Shown piece by piece: positions 1-13,579 of a stretch of DNA of 64,000 nucleotides (position 1 is the first letter of the stretch; each line of letters starts with the position of its first letter). Origin of the DNA: Yuukianura sp. NJ FZ-2021 (taxonomy: Eukaryota); contig CM102286.1 of assembly GCA_046563655.1 (NCBI GenBank), positions 6,014,001 to 6,078,000 on the forward strand, given 5' to 3'. The position numbers and the translations under genes were made by a program. The notes under the pieces were generated by a model. That model did no database searches. It saw nothing but the letters and a program-made list of their open reading frames with translations, and was not told the DNA's origin.

Positions 1-3000
1 CACGTTTGGATAGCTATTTTGTGCTAGGAAATGGAAGTGTAGTCGGCATTATTTGTGTTCTGCTTGTCTGAAACCCTCTTTTGTTAGCATTTGTAGCAAC
101 ATTGGACTTACTGGAGAGGACTCTGTCGCCGCACACTTCAGTTTTCAGCAGAAAAAGAGGCAATTCAATGGGATTCGGATGCATTTTGAATTCAAAATTT
201 GGGGAAATAATGGATAGTATCCGAATTGTACTAACTTGAAACACAAAGGTATAGACTGTGTGATAGAAGTAAAACGGAATCTAACGGAATGTAGAATAGA
301 GAAAACCCAGTGACTGAATTTCATTCCACATAAATAGACCCTCTGTCATACAAAAGACATCCGGAATCCATGGTTCGGAGGGCTTTTGAAAGCAGTGAGG
401 AGAAGAATAGAGAAAGTAAGGGAGCGGAACATTATTTTACCATATTTCACTTTCTATTACTAATCTTTGTGAAATTGTGCGTATTGTAACTTTGGACTAC
501 TTTCGCTCCCGGTTTCTCCGAGATCTGGGAACGAATCTTACTTTCTGCCGGCACTTCTGGATTCTCAACACGCCTTCCATATTATTCTAATTATTCATTC
601 CCTGTCCAAAATTTGCACAAGTTCAAATTTGGATTCGGCAGTGACCAGAATACAGAGTACAGAAAACGGTATTACTTTTTAAGCTTTTGCGTCAAGCTGT
701 TCAAACTTTTAGAAAATGAAGCTTTCAAAAAACATATATTAAGTTTCCAAAAAAATAGCTTACATGACCTAGATTCGGTTTTGGAAGTGTCAAAGTTTGA
801 AATTGAGCTTTCATCTTTTCCGACTTGGGTTTAAAATCCAACCCTTAAACCTTATACTCTCGAAACCAGTGGAAAATCAATGTCAATTGATTGATGACCA
901 GAGGTCAAGGGTCATCTCCCTTTTCTCCCTAAAGTGAAACGTCTCGTTCAATTTCTCTGTTTGGAAAAAAGATCATTTTCACTCTCGAGAGAGAAAGCCT
1001 TTTTTCCACCTCGAAACCCGAATTTTGTAAAGTTTTCGATTCTGGGTTTTTTGGACATGACCACGAGACAGCCCATGTCTCTTCCGTGTGTCCATTACTG
1101 TCCTACCGTCCAAGCAGAATTTTTGAAAGTGCGGGAAACTATAGTACACATAGGTCTGTACAGAAAGAAAAATAGGTTGGAAAAAGAAACGGAACGACGG
1201 AGAACAAGAGATATGGGATTCCAATTCTGGTCTCCACTTTCACTTGTCATCTTTCTCCTCTTGAAACATTATTTCTTCCTCTTTCTTTCAGAACTTCCAG
1301 AGAGTCCTTGTTATTGAGGGCAGAAGCTCCGCCGTTTTCCTGGAGAGGATAAAGATGATGACGGTATAAGAACAAAAGGTTATTGATTCAAGTGGATGCA
1401 ACTGAAGAATGGGCTGCTCCAAGATTATTTCAGAGGCAGAATCCGGTCTGAGTAAACACAATGAAATAGCGACAGGAAGGATCTCAAACAAGAAAGATAT
1501 GAATAACAATTTCGTAGGCCCCAGGATCAAAAGTAAATGATTGTTTTCTACTTTAGGAGCGGGAGTAAACATAGGCTTATTTGAAAGGACTCGAATTCAA
1601 CATTTTGTCAAAACAAATTCAATTATAATTCAGTAATCCACTAACTTTCCAAGTTTCTCCTTTCTTACTTACAGACTACGTTCAAAATAACAACGTACAT
1701 TGAAAATTAACGAGAACTTTGTTTTAGGTAGAATAAACTTGCGTCACTCATTTGTATGTAACTTCTGGTGTTAACAGCGAAAAGTGAACTATGAATACAC
1801 AGTTTTCCTTTTTCCATTTAAAAAAAAATTAAACATTGACTTCCCTCAAGTGGCTCTCGCTCCTCTACCTTTTTTTAAAAAAATGCTTTAACACACTTCT
1901 GGTACTCGTCGACTCGTGCTAATCATAAGACCATTTTAAATTATTCAAGGGCTCCAAGGCACTCGAAGGCTCCATGAAAAGGGATGTGAAAAATTTACAA
2001 AGACGAGAGATTGGAAAGCCTTAACGTTCCAGTGATAAAGCACTGGGAAGCAAACATGAAAGGGAGATTCTGAAAGTGGAACTTTTTGTTCGTCCTAGAA
2101 AATTCGAAAGTCGCAATTCTTGAGCAGACAAAAGAAAAGTGAAAGTACTAAGGGAACAAAGAGTTTTAAATCTGTCTGCATTAGATGCTTCCATGTCCTC
2201 CATTCTTTATTATACTACACTTCTTTTAATAATCAACCAAATGCATAATTTACATCATCTTTGTTAATGTCATCGCATAAGTCCTGAGCCTAACTTGTGC
2301 ATTAGGCTTTTGTCGTTCCTTTAGTCAGAAGACCTCCACACAGGAGGGCTTCTTTGTCCTTTTCATTTTTTCAACGACTTGGATATTAAAATTACCAAAT
2401 TCCCTTGCAGCATCGCGTCTTTTTTTAAAAACAACTCTCCATAACAATGCTTTAAATTCAAAATTAAAGACTTTGCCACTTATTTTTGTTAACATTAAGT
2501 ACGTGGTTTCGATGTTTATCGAAACTCCAGTTAATGAAGACGGAGATTGGTTAGTCGATTACAGCGGCTGCCATTTGCTCTTCTATCGGAACGATATGCG
2601 TGTAGATGAAGATTGTTAATTTAGTAGAGGGCATAGAGAGTGCAATTAAACTGTCGAAACCAAACTAGACTCCATGTGAAGAACAAATGAGTGATATGGC
2701 TGAGGGTGAAAGTGAAAGCATAGGCAAAAACTAAGTTACAAATATGAAACGCTACAACATAACTTTAGTTTACGTTTATTTTGACCCTGTCGCTACTCGT
2801 AGGGCCATAGTTCACCTGCCGTCAAGCGTCTTCCGTCTTCGTCAAAGTCTTAACTAGGTTCGGAGCGAGGGGGGCCGACTGTCGTTTGTAGCGGTGAGTG
2901 AAAGGCTACTCCAGATAAGCAGGAGATATGCTCCCTGCCGGGTTAAGAAGGCTAGGTTAGGTTATGTGGGGGTAAGTGGGGTCTGCCGTAATTGGGAAAC

Positions 3001-5134
3001 CATAGGGAATGTGTTGCAAGACGCACTAATTCTACAAGCACTCTCTCATCAATCATTCTTCTTGTATCTGATACGTCAGACAAAGACAAACCAAATTCTG
3101 TCTACGTTTTCTTTTTCATTAGGCGATTTAGTTTTTTTTTTGCACAGTAACAGAACATGAGCCTTAACTAAAACAGCGGAACCAATATTATAAAACAGGG
3201 TGGAAAGTGCTTTTGAAGCATGTTGTGCCAAAGTGCAACTGCAGCATGATTGGAGGGATGTGCGTTTTTGTGCGTTGAATTTGCAGTGCTAGAAAGGGAA
3301 AACCGATTCATCATTAGAACTACTAACAGGGATTTCTGAAATCCCGTGCTTGATTAATCGCGTGTCAATGTTGTATTTTGATTGTTGTTGCTTTTACTTC
3401 TGTAAGCCTATCCGGTACACATTATTTCCAAACTATGCGTCAACATAACCTAACATGATGACATTTCCGATCCCTCTTAATGCCGCTGTAGTACTTTTGA
3501 CAATTCTGACGTGAATTATAACTTAAAAGGAAACCCATCCCAAATTGACATTTGCTCAATCTTTGTCCTAGACTGACGTTAGGACGTTTAAATTGAACCA
3601 CTTTGGTTGATTAGTTACTTGTAGGGTCATGGGGGAAAATACTAAGAGAACACACAGCGCGTTTTTTTTCTTTTTGGTTTGATTTCTCTTAAGGCAGATA
3701 ATAATGCTTTTTCTGTTCAGCTTCGCAAACGGCTTGTTCTGTGCGGAAAATAATTGTATAGTATTTTTTCCAGCAAATTACTAGTTAACTTTAATAAAAA
3801 TTTGTGAAAAACCAAATCATACATTTCACTTTACGGAGTGCGTAAAACGGCAATTACATAGAACGGCAAAACAGCTCGGTTTGTAAGAACAATTAAATGT
3901 GATACACTGGGATAATGTTTGTTTTTTCTTGACTTATGTTTCTCTTTTCTATTAAAAAAATTCAACGTTAGTATAATCATTTGCTTTTTTTTGTTGAAAA
4001 TGAATTGTTTCTAACAGAATAGACTAGACGGAGAGAATTCTAATTCTGAAATTGTAACAATCCTGAAACTTTTTCTTTTCCAGAAAAAGTATCCTTCACA
4101 ACCTCTCTCTTCTGCACTAATAGTAAAATATAATAGACTCATAAAAGGTCAGGATTCTTAGACGGAATAGGAAATGAGTCAAGCCTATGCCTTGCACTGC
4201 TGAGAGTCCAACTCTTAGCAGTTCCTTGATTCCCGTGACTTTCACTTCCACTTGCCACTTTCGTCCGGGTTTCCAAACAGATGAAGGGAAATGTTGGTTA
4301 TGATGTTGAGTCTTCCATAACAAATGGGTCGCCTCAACATGATGCAGGCATAGGCAACTTTCATCCAACCTCTCACAGTTCCAGAACATCCAAAAGTTCC
4401 ATTTCTTAGGCCAAACGACATTAAAAACTGCGACGACTTTCTCTTTACTTTCACTTGAACCTCCTTCCCTATCCACTCCACGTAGTCTTCTCATTTATGC
4501 TCTTGTCATCTCATCCCTCTTCTGCAGCCTCTTCCATCCCCCCAACGGAATTCCGTTTGATCCTCCTACTTACTCTTCATTTTAAGGTCTGCTGAGTCAA
4601 TGATGAAATAAAATAGCGTTATACTTCTTTCCAAATTCTTCTCTCAAGAGACTGGGAAAGAGGGTCTTTAATTTTGCATTTTTGATAACTTTGCAAAACT
4701 AATGGGAATTTTCGGAGAAAACCCCGATTCGTCGTTTTAATGCTATTGGTATAAAATATCTTCCTACCAACTCAGCACACTAGTTCGTTTCGTTATTATA
4801 AGACTGAGTGAAAAGCCTGAAATTACAATTGAAAAACTAGCCGCGGTCAATGACCATGCGATCACTGCTTTCAGTTCTTAAATATTTCAACATTTCGTGG
4901 TCGCTAAATTCAATACAGACCGTACTCTGTGTGAGCGTGTGAGCATAAATTTGCCATCATTCAATACTAGCTAATTTTGTTTTGAATTTTTTTGCAATTG
5001 AATTTTGAAATTGGTATCACCGACTGTTGTGCAAAGAACAACCCGTGCTATTCGGAGTTTTTAGACTATTTATGAGCTTTTTAGGTTTGAATAGAAACTT
5101 TTTTTTGTGAAAACTGTTTAAAATTTGGGCTTAC

Positions 5135-5192
5135 CATGAATGATTCCCCAGATGAAGAGTGTGACAACGTGGAGGTTTTTGACCCTTGACAT
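5135..5192 (-). CDS. First coding exon (signal-peptide-like) of a gene whose remaining exons were not found in the window; possibly a Beat paralog
   Basis: ATG at 5192-5190 gives MSRVKNLHVVTLFIWGIIH plus 1 nt, then a strong phase-1 donor G|GTAAG. The same short hydrophobic phase-1 first-exon design occurs in the Beat-like gene at 42781-42856. No convincing next exon was seen in 1-5134. Confidence 0.5.
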
Positions 5193-8100
5193 TGCTGCAG
5201 GTTGTTTCAGTAAAGTGTTCAAGCAGAACTTGTTAGTAGAGTACTTTTGTGATGAACGACTGTAATTTTCTTTTATTTCCTTTGTTTCAAATAAAGAAGA
5301 AACTGTATATCACGTCTCTCCCTGCACTTTCACCAACATCACATACACACGTCACAAGGAGCAAATTAGAACTTTCTCCAGCAGCAGCAGTCCAAAAAGG
5401 CTTGACTTTTGCCAACAGAATTTTTGGGTGAAGAAAATTTGGAAAGCGTGGTGTTCCAATGTCGAAATGTTAGGAAGTTGCAGGAGCACAGCAGCAACAG
5501 ACGGCTTGGCTCATTGAACGTCTCATTAGACTTCGAGTCAGTTCAAAATGGAAGGAGAGAGGCGAAAAGTTAGGCTCCACTTTCCAAACTTACAAAATTG
5601 AATATCGCCAATACCATTTCTCTGCCAAATTTTTCCTCTTGCGTCTTGTTCCACTTTTGCTGAACCTGCAAAGCATCAAATCCAAGTTAAATTTAATCTT
5701 ACACTGTATCGATCTTTTCAGATTCTCAAAAAAAGGCTGCAGGGCTTTGAAAAGTAAAGGTGACAAAGTCACGCACTCAAAACGATTTTTTCCTTGTTAA
5801 ATATGCACGATGGAGTGTAGACTTTTCCTCTTCGAGATTTCAATCTTTTTCATACTTTATCAACCAGAATTAATCGGAGAGTCTGGACATGTGTCATGGA
5901 CAGAAACAAAGACAAACTTTGTGTGTGAACTTTTGCACAAAAAACTTTTGTGTTTTGGGACCAGAAATTAGTAGTGTTAGAATATTCATAGGGAAGCCAA
6001 ACAGGAAGGTAGTGAGGGCTGTTTTGCATGTCAGGTCAAAGGATTTGAGAGACATGCCGGAGTACTTTTCTCCGTTTCATCCTGCTTTCGCCTTCAAAGC
6101 GACAAAGGGAAAGAAAAAAGCGTTGGCACGCCTAGAGTTGTTGCTTGAAAAGAAGCAAACTACCCCGCCTTGTCTACTTCCTTCTTTAAAAATTCCTTCC
6201 TCATTATCCATGTTGATCCATGTGAAAATTTCTAACTCTTCTAACAGTTCCTAACGTGCAAGTGCTCCTTCAGAACCCTAAGGATGCTCATTAGAATGTA
6301 CGCTTTCGTCCTTTTATTTGAAAACAAAAGAGATATTTCCATTCTAACGACTTTCACTCTCACTTTCCCTTATGCCTCAACTGATCCACACAATTATTAG
6401 GCACGGGGGTGAGGTCTAACATAGCCTAACTGAATCTAACTGTCGAATCATAAGAAAAACCTAACCCAACTGCGTCATCTCTCACATAACCCTAACGACA
6501 AAACTTGGAATAGAATCCTATCTCCCAAGAATCTTAACTAATTGAACGAAGCTGTTAGTATGCCTTTCGAAATCTGAAACCTACTCCAATCATATCCAAC
6601 AGCGAAACATGACACCCTAACATAATCGCATCCATTGAAACCCGAGACACTGTGTAAGGATTTCATTGCGGTACAACCTAAAGCGTAACACAAATCAGTC
6701 GTAACAGTAACGAAACAATACTTGTTACCTTCAGTTCCTCAGTACAAAAGCTAAATCCAGAATCCATATGGACTCATTTCAAACGAATCGAACGAAACTC
6801 ACTTTGTGATCAAATCCAATGGGAATGGTGTACGCTGACAGGTGGGTCTTTACCTTATTACGGTTGAAGTACAGTTTCCTACAAAGAAGATAGAAAAATC
6901 CTGAGTTCAGCGACAGTAGAGGGTTAGGTTGTACAGCAGAGCTAAGGCTGAGAAAGGGAAAGCAATCAAATCACTTTTCCCTAGTGGGGAAATATCTCAT
7001 CCAAGTCGTTGGCTTCAGCACACAGAGAGTAGAGTGGGTGGAAGGAAATAAATCCTACATAAGTCTCCTAAAAGTATTATGACTACTAGTTGATATTTCG
7101 CAGAAGAAATAAAATATAAAAAGTGGAACTTTTTTGTTGAAACAAGTTTCACTTGGGAGAGAAAGTCAGAGACAAATAATAATTTTAGAGGGAGTGGAGC
7201 GTAAGTCTTTTCCAGTGGTTTCGTATACTAAATCCTTTTCAAAAGGAAACCAACAAAACAAGAGGACAGAGGTTGCGGCGACGATGGAAAAAAGAAAAGT
7301 CTCTTGGGAAGTCACACCAAGGCACTTCCGGCAAGAGGAAGGGAAAAATGGTTCTCTTTCTACTGAAAATAACAAAGAAAAGACAAAAGATGTTGAACAT
7401 TTTGAAAGCCTTGAAGTCTTAGCCTCTAGAGCTTTTCCCAGAAACTGTTCTAATAAAAAAGGGACGCATTTTATAGACAAATTTTCGCGGACTTTTGACA
7501 TGCTTCCTTCCAGAATAAGTGTGGGAGGTTAAGTTAAAGTTCAGTGAAAAAAAACCTGATGAAATGCTGACACCAGAAACATTCGTTTCCCGCCTGCTTC
7601 ATTTTCATCAAATATTAAATTGAATGGAACTTTCGGCCTCCTCGCCCAAAAATGCATTTCCCCCACGGAAAAAATTCAGAAAAGAAATAACACAATTTCA
7701 TCTCTTTTTTTTTTGAAAATGAAATCATACACATTCCAATAAAATTCATATGAATTTTTTGACTCAAGAAGAAATGCTGAAAAGTCTCGTCTCAAGGGAA
7801 ACTTTCTGATTATTTTTGTCCGGGACTTTTTCTTGGTAAAAACAAAAGTTGTATTAGAAACTTTTTATATTCAGATGCCTTCTCAAAAGAAGAAGAATTT
7901 AATACACTTTTTTAGGTTATGGTTCTTCTTCCTGCGAACTGTTTCCTTTACTTTTGAAATGAAAAGTCAGCAGAAATGAAAACAAATTGGCCTTAGGACT
8001 TTCAACCCGGTCTGACTTTCTCCGCCTCTCAACGTCTTTAGACAGGAAATAAAAGTGTCGGCTTCTGAAAAGGGGGGTTATTTGCACCAAAAAACCTCCA

Positions 8101-8959
8101 ATGTTGTAACATCATTAAAAGTTGAAGTTAGAGTGGGAGGAAATACAACTTATCAAACCAAGTTTTTCCAAAAGTTCTGGTTTGAAGAGAAAGTAGTGGA
8201 ATTCCCATGGTGTGTAGAGATGAAAACTTTACTTTTTGGAATTTATAAATTTCATGAGAAAGTTAGAGAGTGCGGAGTGATTTGGGAAATTGGCTACCCA
8301 AGTTCTAGGAACAGTAGAAAATTAGGAATTGTATAAAATTTGGGTTTTGGGGGACTTGAACTCTTAATGACTAATTCCTATGCTCAAACTTTTTTTTGTA
8401 GTTTGTCGTTGCAGAAACTTACCGACGATTCCTCTTTGGCGAATATAGGCGCCCAATCTGCACTGTCACCATCTAAAACTCAACTGAAGCGTGGAGTCTT
8501 CCGGAAGCTTCCAATAGTCTGTTCTTCGCTTCTGTTCAAGACGAAGCCTCAGAAGATCCAAGAGCACAAACAGTGTGTTGGTTGGTAAAAGTGATCCAGC
8601 GGGGAAAGCAGACACACCAGTGAAAGTTGCTGTGTTTGATTTTCAAATGGAAACGAACGGCGCATGCTCCGAGAATTTGGTTTTCGCTTTGGCAGGAGGC
8701 AGGAAAAAGGAGGCGAAAACTCATTCCGATTCGAGGGAACGGAAACGTTTCGTTATTCTTCATTTCCGTTTTTAGTGAAAGTACTTTTTTGTGAAAGGAG
8801 AAAATTATTGCATTAGTTAAAACGATCTAGTGAATGACATTCTTATTAGGTAGGGAGTTTTGTTTGTCTTTAATGTTGCTGGTTTTAAAGTTTATTCTTC
8901 ATCTAAATATGCTTCCCACCATCTGAAAACCCTGCAGGGCAGGGCGTGTTGTACTGAAA

Positions 8960-9204
8960 AATAAATCCGGTCGTAACCCGAAGTATACGAAAGTAGCGAA
9001 GCACTTGACCTTTGACCCGGAAGGAGTTGACCTACCGGGATGATATTCAATAGTGAACATCACCGGGTCACTAGGTGTCCACCGGTGAAAACAGATCCCG
9101 GAAATGTTGAGCGGTTTCCGAGATAATCGCCGTCGACGGACGGACGGCCGGCCAGACAGACAGACAGACAAGGTCAATGCATAAAGTAGCTTCGCTACTT
9201 AATA
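8960..9204 (-). mobile_element. Helentron-associated / DINE-1-like non-autonomous element
   Basis: Terminal hairpin AAGTAGC-TTC-GCTACTT (9184-9200). A 12-bp subterminal inverted repeat AAGTAGCGAAGC pairs 8991-9002 with 9189-9200. A GACG/GACA microsatellite lies at about 9135-9170. This matches the DINE-1/HINE layout; the left boundary is approximate. Confidence 0.7.
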
Positions 9205-9484
9205 ACTGAAATGAGAGGAAAACGCTGCTCTTTCGGTGACTCAGGATTAATTGTTGACTCATTGTATATAATGAGGCTTGGTATAAGTTTAACATTTCTA
9301 CTGCAAAATATTTTGATCTTAAACATATAACCTTTGAGCAGTTTCCGTGAACTGTTAGTAATGAGACAAAAAATGAAATTTAGCACTCGGATTGGGATTG
9401 TTGTTATGAACTATAAGGATTTTTAATATTTTACCGAAAATGTACATAGAAAAGTCATGTTGAATTACTAGGAACGTATTCATA

Positions 9485-9690
9485 CAGTGTTCACGAAAAA
9501 GTAGACACCCCAACAGCGTTTCGATGGTATTTTGTTTTCAAAATTAGCAATTTCTGGGGGGAGAGTGAGCCCAAAACACGTATCTACAAATATTCTACAT
9601 TACACGGAACCATCGCCTCTGCACCCCTCCACGATTTTCAAAATCAACAACCTTTTGCGTTTGTTGGTGTATACTTTTTCGCGAACAACC
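9485..9690. mobile_element. Degenerate Tc1/mariner-type MITE
   Basis: TA followed by CAGTGTTCACGAAAAAGTAGACACC at 9483; imperfect inverted copy GGTGTATACTTTTTCGCGAACA at 9666-9687. The outermost right-end bases are eroded. Confidence 0.5.
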
Positions 9691-10484
9691 TTTTTCTTAC
9701 ACACTACGCTAAATTTGTACAAAAAACTCATTCAATAAGTAATTAAATTAATTTGCCCAATCTATCCGCTGCTCTAAATTTACATAGCTGTGTTTTTCTA
9801 GAGAACCTTCTTTTGAGAAATTTAAGTGAGGGTTCAACGTATCAACTGTTGTGAGTCACAGAACAAGTGTACTAGCGAGTCCAAACGTTGGTGGAACCAC
9901 ACAAAGGTTCAGTTACACATTCATTGCGTTTAGTGAGAATTTCATGTTCAGATGAAGTGTGAACAGTAGTTCTGAATGGAATTTTTCGTACAATATTTTG
10001 CTACCTAATGTGAACTAGAGATATCTGTTTATGTAGAAGTAACATACAGCAATATTATTACAATCACCCTGAAACGGCATGTTATTAATTTAATATTTTT
10101 TAAACTTAGCTTTGTAAAACTTGCACACGGATGCCGTTGACGAATTACATTAGATACGGTTACTGGTGTTGGGAATTGGCGGCTTTGTCATTGTACCGTT
10201 TGCTTTCAATTTCCTGGCCATTGCGTCCAGCTTAGGATCACGTTTGATGAAAACATTTTCTGTCACCTGTCAAGGAAAAGCACGTATTATATTAGTTGCT
10301 TAATTACAGTTAATAATTTGTAATTATGTTTATAATATTAATTTATAATAATAAACGCTCGTCGCTATGAATCGGGAGGAGAAAGTTCCCTCAAGTGGTC
10401 TCTTTCAGGCCACGAGACTCATCTGCTCGTCGATTCTCGTCGTCGACGCGTAAGGCGAATCTCCGTATACCAAGAGTTACTTAA

Positions 10485-10844
10485 GATTACGATGGACAAA
10501 TTCACTTATACGCGATTTCACATAAGACTTTTGGTGCATTTCTTTCCTGATTGGTTAGTCGCTCAAAAAACTACGACCACACTTTTCGCATTAGCATACG
10601 CTGCTCCACATCCCGAGAGTTTGCTATCGGACCAAAACAGGACCCTTCCTCCAGAAAACATAGGTTTTCTGGAAGAAGTTTCAGAAATCCTCGGATTTCT
10701 GCTTTCTTTTGCTTCGTACGGCAAAACGGTTGAAGATTTGTCAAATAGCAAACTCTCGGGACGTGGAGCAGCGTATGCTAATGCGAAAAGTGTGGTCGTA
10801 GTTTTCTGAGGGTCTTACCAATCAGTCAGGAAATGCACCTGAAG
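10485..10844. mobile_element. Long-inverted-repeat MITE of a TTAA-flanked family (copy 1, right end truncated)
   Basis: Inverted arms at 10533-10627 and 10745-10839, with an approximately 60-bp core carrying one mismatch. It begins TTAA|GATTA like the copy ending at 15586. A diverged fragment lies at about 12915-13070. Confidence 0.75.
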
Positions 10845-12318
10845 ATTGGGTCAGAGTTCACGAATTTTGTGTTTACAATTTACAATTTCGTATTACGTCA
10901 CCAAGAGTTGGGGCAACCTGAGAATTGAGGCTAAGAAATGGCTCACCCACTTCGTCTGATAGTTTTAGAAAAACCGCAAATGGTTCTCAAATTTGAAATT
11001 TAACGCAGTGATTCGCGCCTTAGACTGAGTTGTGCAAAATTTCAATCGTCAAGAATCCACCCGTTCGGGTTGTTCGTGATTACGTAGTTGTAAATTCTCA
11101 ATTTTCAGTGGTTGCCATGTCTACAAAACATTTTTTGGCGTTATTTTTATTGACCTCCTGTTTCTCCTTAACTTTATTGAACCAAATTTTCGCTGCAATC
11201 GATCGAAATTGGTGTAATAATTTACAAATCTGATACCAGCATTGTGTTCTATATAGGATACTGTGGCGCGAATTTCATAACTTTCGCTACAAACATGAGA
11301 AAGTTATTAGCTCCCGCAATCGACCATTCCAAAAAAAAGGTTTCCACTAGTTTTCCGTGTTTGTGCCAATAGAAAACATTGGAGGTCAAAAGGCAAGGTC
11401 CTCAATTATCAATATTCGGGTAAATATTTCAGTCTTTCCGAATAAATATTTCAATAAATATTCCTTAGCTTTTTAGAAACTATTTCAGGGGTTTTGGTTA
11501 GCTTAGGCTTTTGAATGAAAATGATTTCTGATGCTTTCATACAACCTACATACCCCATTGGTTCAATATTGTAAAAAAAAAAGCCAAAGTCCTACGAGCC
11601 AATCACAAATAGCCAATTCCCAAAAGAATGGATGCCAAAAGACCGAATTTACAATAAAAAAAAGTTGAGAATTCATGCATTACGTAATCATGCTAAACCA
11701 TCGAAGTAACAAGTTACCGCAACAGTGAATGAACAAAACAACAAAAAGACTGACTTCTTTGAATGTTCGAAAGTGAAATCGTTATCAAAGGGAGTCCGAC
11801 AAAGTTAGTCAGCCACTTGTGAAGCTGCCGCCCCAAGTCACAGCGACGCAATGTGTAAAAGGTAGGTCGTATTAAGCAAAGTCATTCAGTTTGGGCCAAA
11901 CTTCTGGTGCACTTCCTGAGCAATTCGTGCGAGCAAGGTTGGTAAGCAAGCTGAGTAATTTTTCTGCATCAGCTTGTTGGATAACTCTGGCTTCTGCGTA
12001 TACTACGCTAATGTTTAAAAATAACACCGACTGACTTCGAGCTTGTTCCCCATGGCAATCTATTAAGATCACATTCTTTTTGCAGCCAGAAATTATAAAA
12101 GAAATTGATGGAAAGATTGTTTGTAGCATGATTGACTGAAAATATGGAGTTACCGAACAACCTGACACCGAGACAACACTCATCACTCTAATTGACGACC
12201 ACTCCGTAGGTCCCAATGCTAACAGAATGGCAATGCAAACTATCTAAGTAATAATACACAGTGTGTGTCCGGGGGTGACTAATGGTCGGAATTCTGCTCA
12301 CTCCTCGGATTTATATGA

Positions 12319-12433
12319 GGGGTGGGAGTTTACATACATTTCTCCAAGCACTGCACTGACTTTTTCTTTCATACCAACTTCGAGCAAAAAATGAAAACAC
12401 AAAAATTGGCTGCAGTAAACCGGAATTGCATCC
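12319..12433 (+). repeat. Dispersed repeat, second copy at about 58747-58853
   Basis: Both sites share GGGGTGGGAGTTTACATACA.TTCTCC.AGCA...GACTTTTTCT.TCAT...GCAAAAAATGAAAACACAA. Confidence 0.7.
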
Positions 12434-12711
12434 GCTGTATGCGGCTCTGCGAAATCGGGTGCGTTTCGTTTGGACTTTAGTCTGTCAATTCGGTTACGTA
12501 CGCAACAATTCGATTTGCCTTACGGCAAATCGAAAGCCTAGTAGGTACAAAAAACTCTCTGCTTCGAAGAGTAGAACGATCGTGGGGTGTCCCTTTTACA
12601 TTAGTTCTCCAAGCACAGACTTCCAAAAATTCCCTCAACTCAAATTCAGAAGGGGGGGGGGTGGGTCTGGGGTGGCTTACCCCCCAGCCTCCACAATAAG
12701 TTTTTTATTCA

Positions 12712-12888
12712 ACTAGACGGAACCCGTGATGTTTACACATCACGGAATTTACTTGAAGCACTAGGTCATCGTTGGGTCAAACGAAAGAGCTAGGAGATTT
12801 TTGACAAAATACTAAAAATCCTCTTGCCCCATGTCAAAAATCGACAAGTAAATTCCGTGATGTGTAAACATCACGGGTTCCGTCTAGT
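12712..12888. mobile_element. Fold-back Helitron-like element with two outward-facing 3' termini
   Basis: Perfect 44-bp inverted repeat (12712-12755 and 12845-12888). Each arm has the hairpin CCGTGATGT-GTAA-ACATCACGG followed by GTTCCGT-CTAG-T, the canonical Helitron 3' end. A related single-ended copy starts at 52489. Confidence 0.7.
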
Positions 12889-13579
12889 CGCTACAGTAAC
12901 CACAGCTACGACCCTCGGAAAACTAAAACCACACTTTTCGCTGAAATATACGCTGCTACTAATGGCGGCAGGCAATTTTTCCACGTTTTGGCGTAAGGGA
13001 TAAGGTAATGTGGGAATCCTACGATTTCTAAAACAACTGCCAATAATACTGCAATTTCTGGAGGAAAGTATAAATGCAAAACTTATAATTACGTACCGGA
13101 TAAACCTGGACTGGAACTAATTCGGGGTCTACATACATCGGGAACATGTAGTGGTGGAAGTTCCCGTTCCGGTCCATCTAAACGAATTAAATCATTCAAA
13201 TGTTACAATTTAAAAAATGTTCATACATTGCCATCACAAAGACAACAAGTTGCGTACTAAATACCATTTATTTAACACACCATGATGTAGTAACTACGGT
13301 CTGCACCAAAGCTATTCGAAAAATATAGAATTGAAAACGAACCGCATGAGATTTTTGTTTTCTGGGAAAACGGCAACCCTATCATCAATAGATACAGCAA
13401 TCCTCTTCCTCACCCTACATCACACGTGCATTTACGTTTATCGCTTATGAAGATTCACTCTGAACCTATAAATTTAAAATTAAAAATCGTCATAGCAACT
13501 GACGCAGTTAGCTGATCGAAGTCAGCCATCACAAAAAGTGTGTTTTTTTCAAAAAGGCTCCGGAACGGTTAACCCTATC

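Noticed and set aside
10492..10809. 105-aa ORF and similar peptides at 10563-10751 and 15383-15577
   Set aside because: The shared AAYANAKSVVVVF / KTTTT peptides come from inverted and dispersed DNA repeats of a MITE, not from protein conservation.
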